Of a stretch of DNA of 64,000 nt, positions 62,102-64,000 are shown piece after piece. The DNA is taken from NCBI RefSeq assembly GCF_025526975.1, contig NW_026515671.1:62001-126000 (forward strand). Direction: 5' to 3'. The translations under genes were made by a program, and so were the position numbers. Below the pieces are notes generated by a model. It was not told the DNA's origin. It worked only from the letters and a program-made list of their open reading frames with translations, and did no database searches. Numbering within the stretch: position 1 is the first letter of the stretch; each line of letters starts with the position of its first letter. The stretch comes from Fimicolochytrium jonesii. Lineage: Eukaryota.

Positions 62102-63189
62102 ATTTGGCAAAGGTCTCTTCCTACAGCCGTGCTATGTAATGACCTAACTGTCGAAGCCGAATTTCCGCCGTTCGTGTCAGCACATGTTCACTCACCATGA
62201 AGAACGTATGAATGGCCAGACTTGTGCATACCTGCAAGTGCCCTGAGCCGGCGTGCCACGATGCGAGGTCCTTGATCCGCCCCTCGCTGTCTAATACGCA
62301 GCCTTGAGCGAGCTGAGCGAAAACCCCGACAACGTCCGACGTGTGAGTGAATCCAGGGCGGAATTTCGCGCTTGGTTTAAGTCACTCACGTGACTCCACG
62401 AGGGGGAGTATTTTGCAACGCGTCCGGGACAACATGCCTTCGTCGCGTCGACACCGACTTGCAGTATTGGGTCTTCAAGAACGTTCTGAATCTAATAAGC
62501 GAGTCTGCCGTAGATACCACCGCAACGTCGGTGAAGCGTCAACAAGATCGAGCGACAAAACCGGCAGCATAGCAGTAACTCGCAGGCGGATATCGACGGC
62601 CTTTTCCACCGAAGGCTGACCCACGGTCAAGCGTGGCGAAGCTTTCAGGTGGTTTCTAAACTGCATCTGTGGGTCATGAATGTACATGTACATGTCATGA
62701 ATGTATAAATCCAATGGTTTTGCGCGAATTGTACTTCTCCTCACGAGTGGCCCGTCCCCACCTCAAAGACGCTGGAAAGCAGATATTGTCAAGGGATGTA
62801 AAACGATATCCCACCCCGCATGCAGTCTTATGTAAGACCTAAATTATAGATATATATAGGGCCATTCGTGCCCGTAGTGAAATTATAAATACATCGTCCT
62901 GCCCTAATCTATCACGTCATGCATCGATATATCTACATCGCCGGCTTTGGGACTCTTCGGCCGCTAGGCCAGATGTCCACGCATGTCCATCGTCCATCGT
63001 CCATGCTACTACGTACGTTGGACCGTAGACCCACACCTCCCTTCCCCATCCTCTATCTACAAGATTGTCCGGGTACGTCAACCCGCCTTACGCCAACCGC
63101 TTTACAGTCGAAGTACACCTGTCATACGATGGCGTATTTAGCCAAGCGGAGGATTCGACCCCGGCGTTTTTGTTGACGGTCTAGCGTCT

Positions 63190-64000
63190 TCATTCGATGT
63201 GATACGGGCAGCGCGAGCGCATGTTGTTGTGCCATGATGTGTATTGCGCTAGGATGTGGTCGTCTAAAAGAAAGGCGAGTCAGTCTTTGATACCGAGCGA
63301 CCGTCACCAGAGAAACGTCTCCTTACCGATATTCCTGTTACTCTTAATAAACACCACCTCATACGGATGCAACGACCGTCCGAAATACAAGTTCGGGAAG
63401 TTGACATCCTTCTGATTACACACCCTCTCGAAATCCTTAATCCCATGAAACGCGCTCATCACCGCATCCACCTGGTACCCCTTCTCATGAATCCTATCCG
63501 TGAACCTAATCTCTCCAGTGGTGATCGCCTCACTCAACTGCTTCGGGCAATCCATAGGCCCAATGGCCGCATCGTACCCGACCTGGTCGAACGCGAGCAG
63601 CATGGACTGGACGTGTTTGGGGAACCATTCGTCGCAATTGTAGGTTGTGCCGACCATTTTGACGGTGGACGACAGACGGGAGGTGAAGAGGTCGGCCCAG
63701 CAGGAGTGTTGGGCGTAGGTTGGGAGGAAAGGGCCGCGGACGGAGGCGTTTACTACGAGATACTTTATGTACGTCTTTTTGTAAACGTCGCGCATGCGTT
63801 CGACGCCTTGTTTGAAGGAGCCGAGGTCGTAGCAGGCTGGTTGGAATGCGTCTGATGAGAACAAGTCAGGAATAGAGAGGAGGCAGTTCAGCAGCACCTA
63901 CCGTTCTCCTTCTGCCAGACATAGATGTTAGGGTAGTGCTCCGGAATTGTGATATTGCTCGGTAACGGCGAGTTCAGCACAAACAGAATATCCACATTAG
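63190..64000 (-). CDS. Conserved protein of RgpF-like/putative glycosyltransferase type, 5' end outside window
   Basis: QKEN|ACYDLGSF, VNASVRGPFLP, VKMVGTTYNC, HVQSMLLAFD and HPYEVVFIKSNR. Last exon DDHILAQYTSWHNNM...HIE-stop at 63190. Confidence 0.7.

Overview
Eukaryotic, intron-rich (GT-AG) fungal DNA, most likely from a zoosporic (chytrid-type) fungus. The cilium transition-zone gene TMEM17 sits alongside a GPI-type chitin deacetylase, a Shr3-like chaperone and a fungal-type HSF. Recognisable genes in order: PEX19 (5' partial), NAD-glycerol-3-phosphate dehydrogenase, a full-length ABCB/MDR transporter, two F-box-like proteins, Shr3-like, RRP41, TMEM17, an EXOG-type mitochondrial nuclease, RPL14, an intronless amidohydrolase/GNAT/chitin deacetylase trio, HSF1, a ~16-intron GH15 hydrolase, PEX7, mitochondrial EF-G1, and a 5'-partial RgpF-like protein. 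Two gene-poor islands (~26.0-36.1 kb and ~53.9-59.4 kb) hold broken, mostly intronless fragments: a DIRS/Ngaro-type tyrosine recombinase, a DEAH helicase and zinc-finger ORFs. They also carry unexpectedly perfect fold-back inverted repeats (78, 40 and 17 bp arms). Other notable observations are a candidate mitochondrial-targeted, membrane-anchored GPD isoform, a 14-bp duplication that frameshifts a gene, and alternating C-rich/G-rich blocks through genes. I found no rRNA, tRNA or CRISPR array. Exon boundaries were inferred by eye and all family calls come from motif recognition, not database searches.
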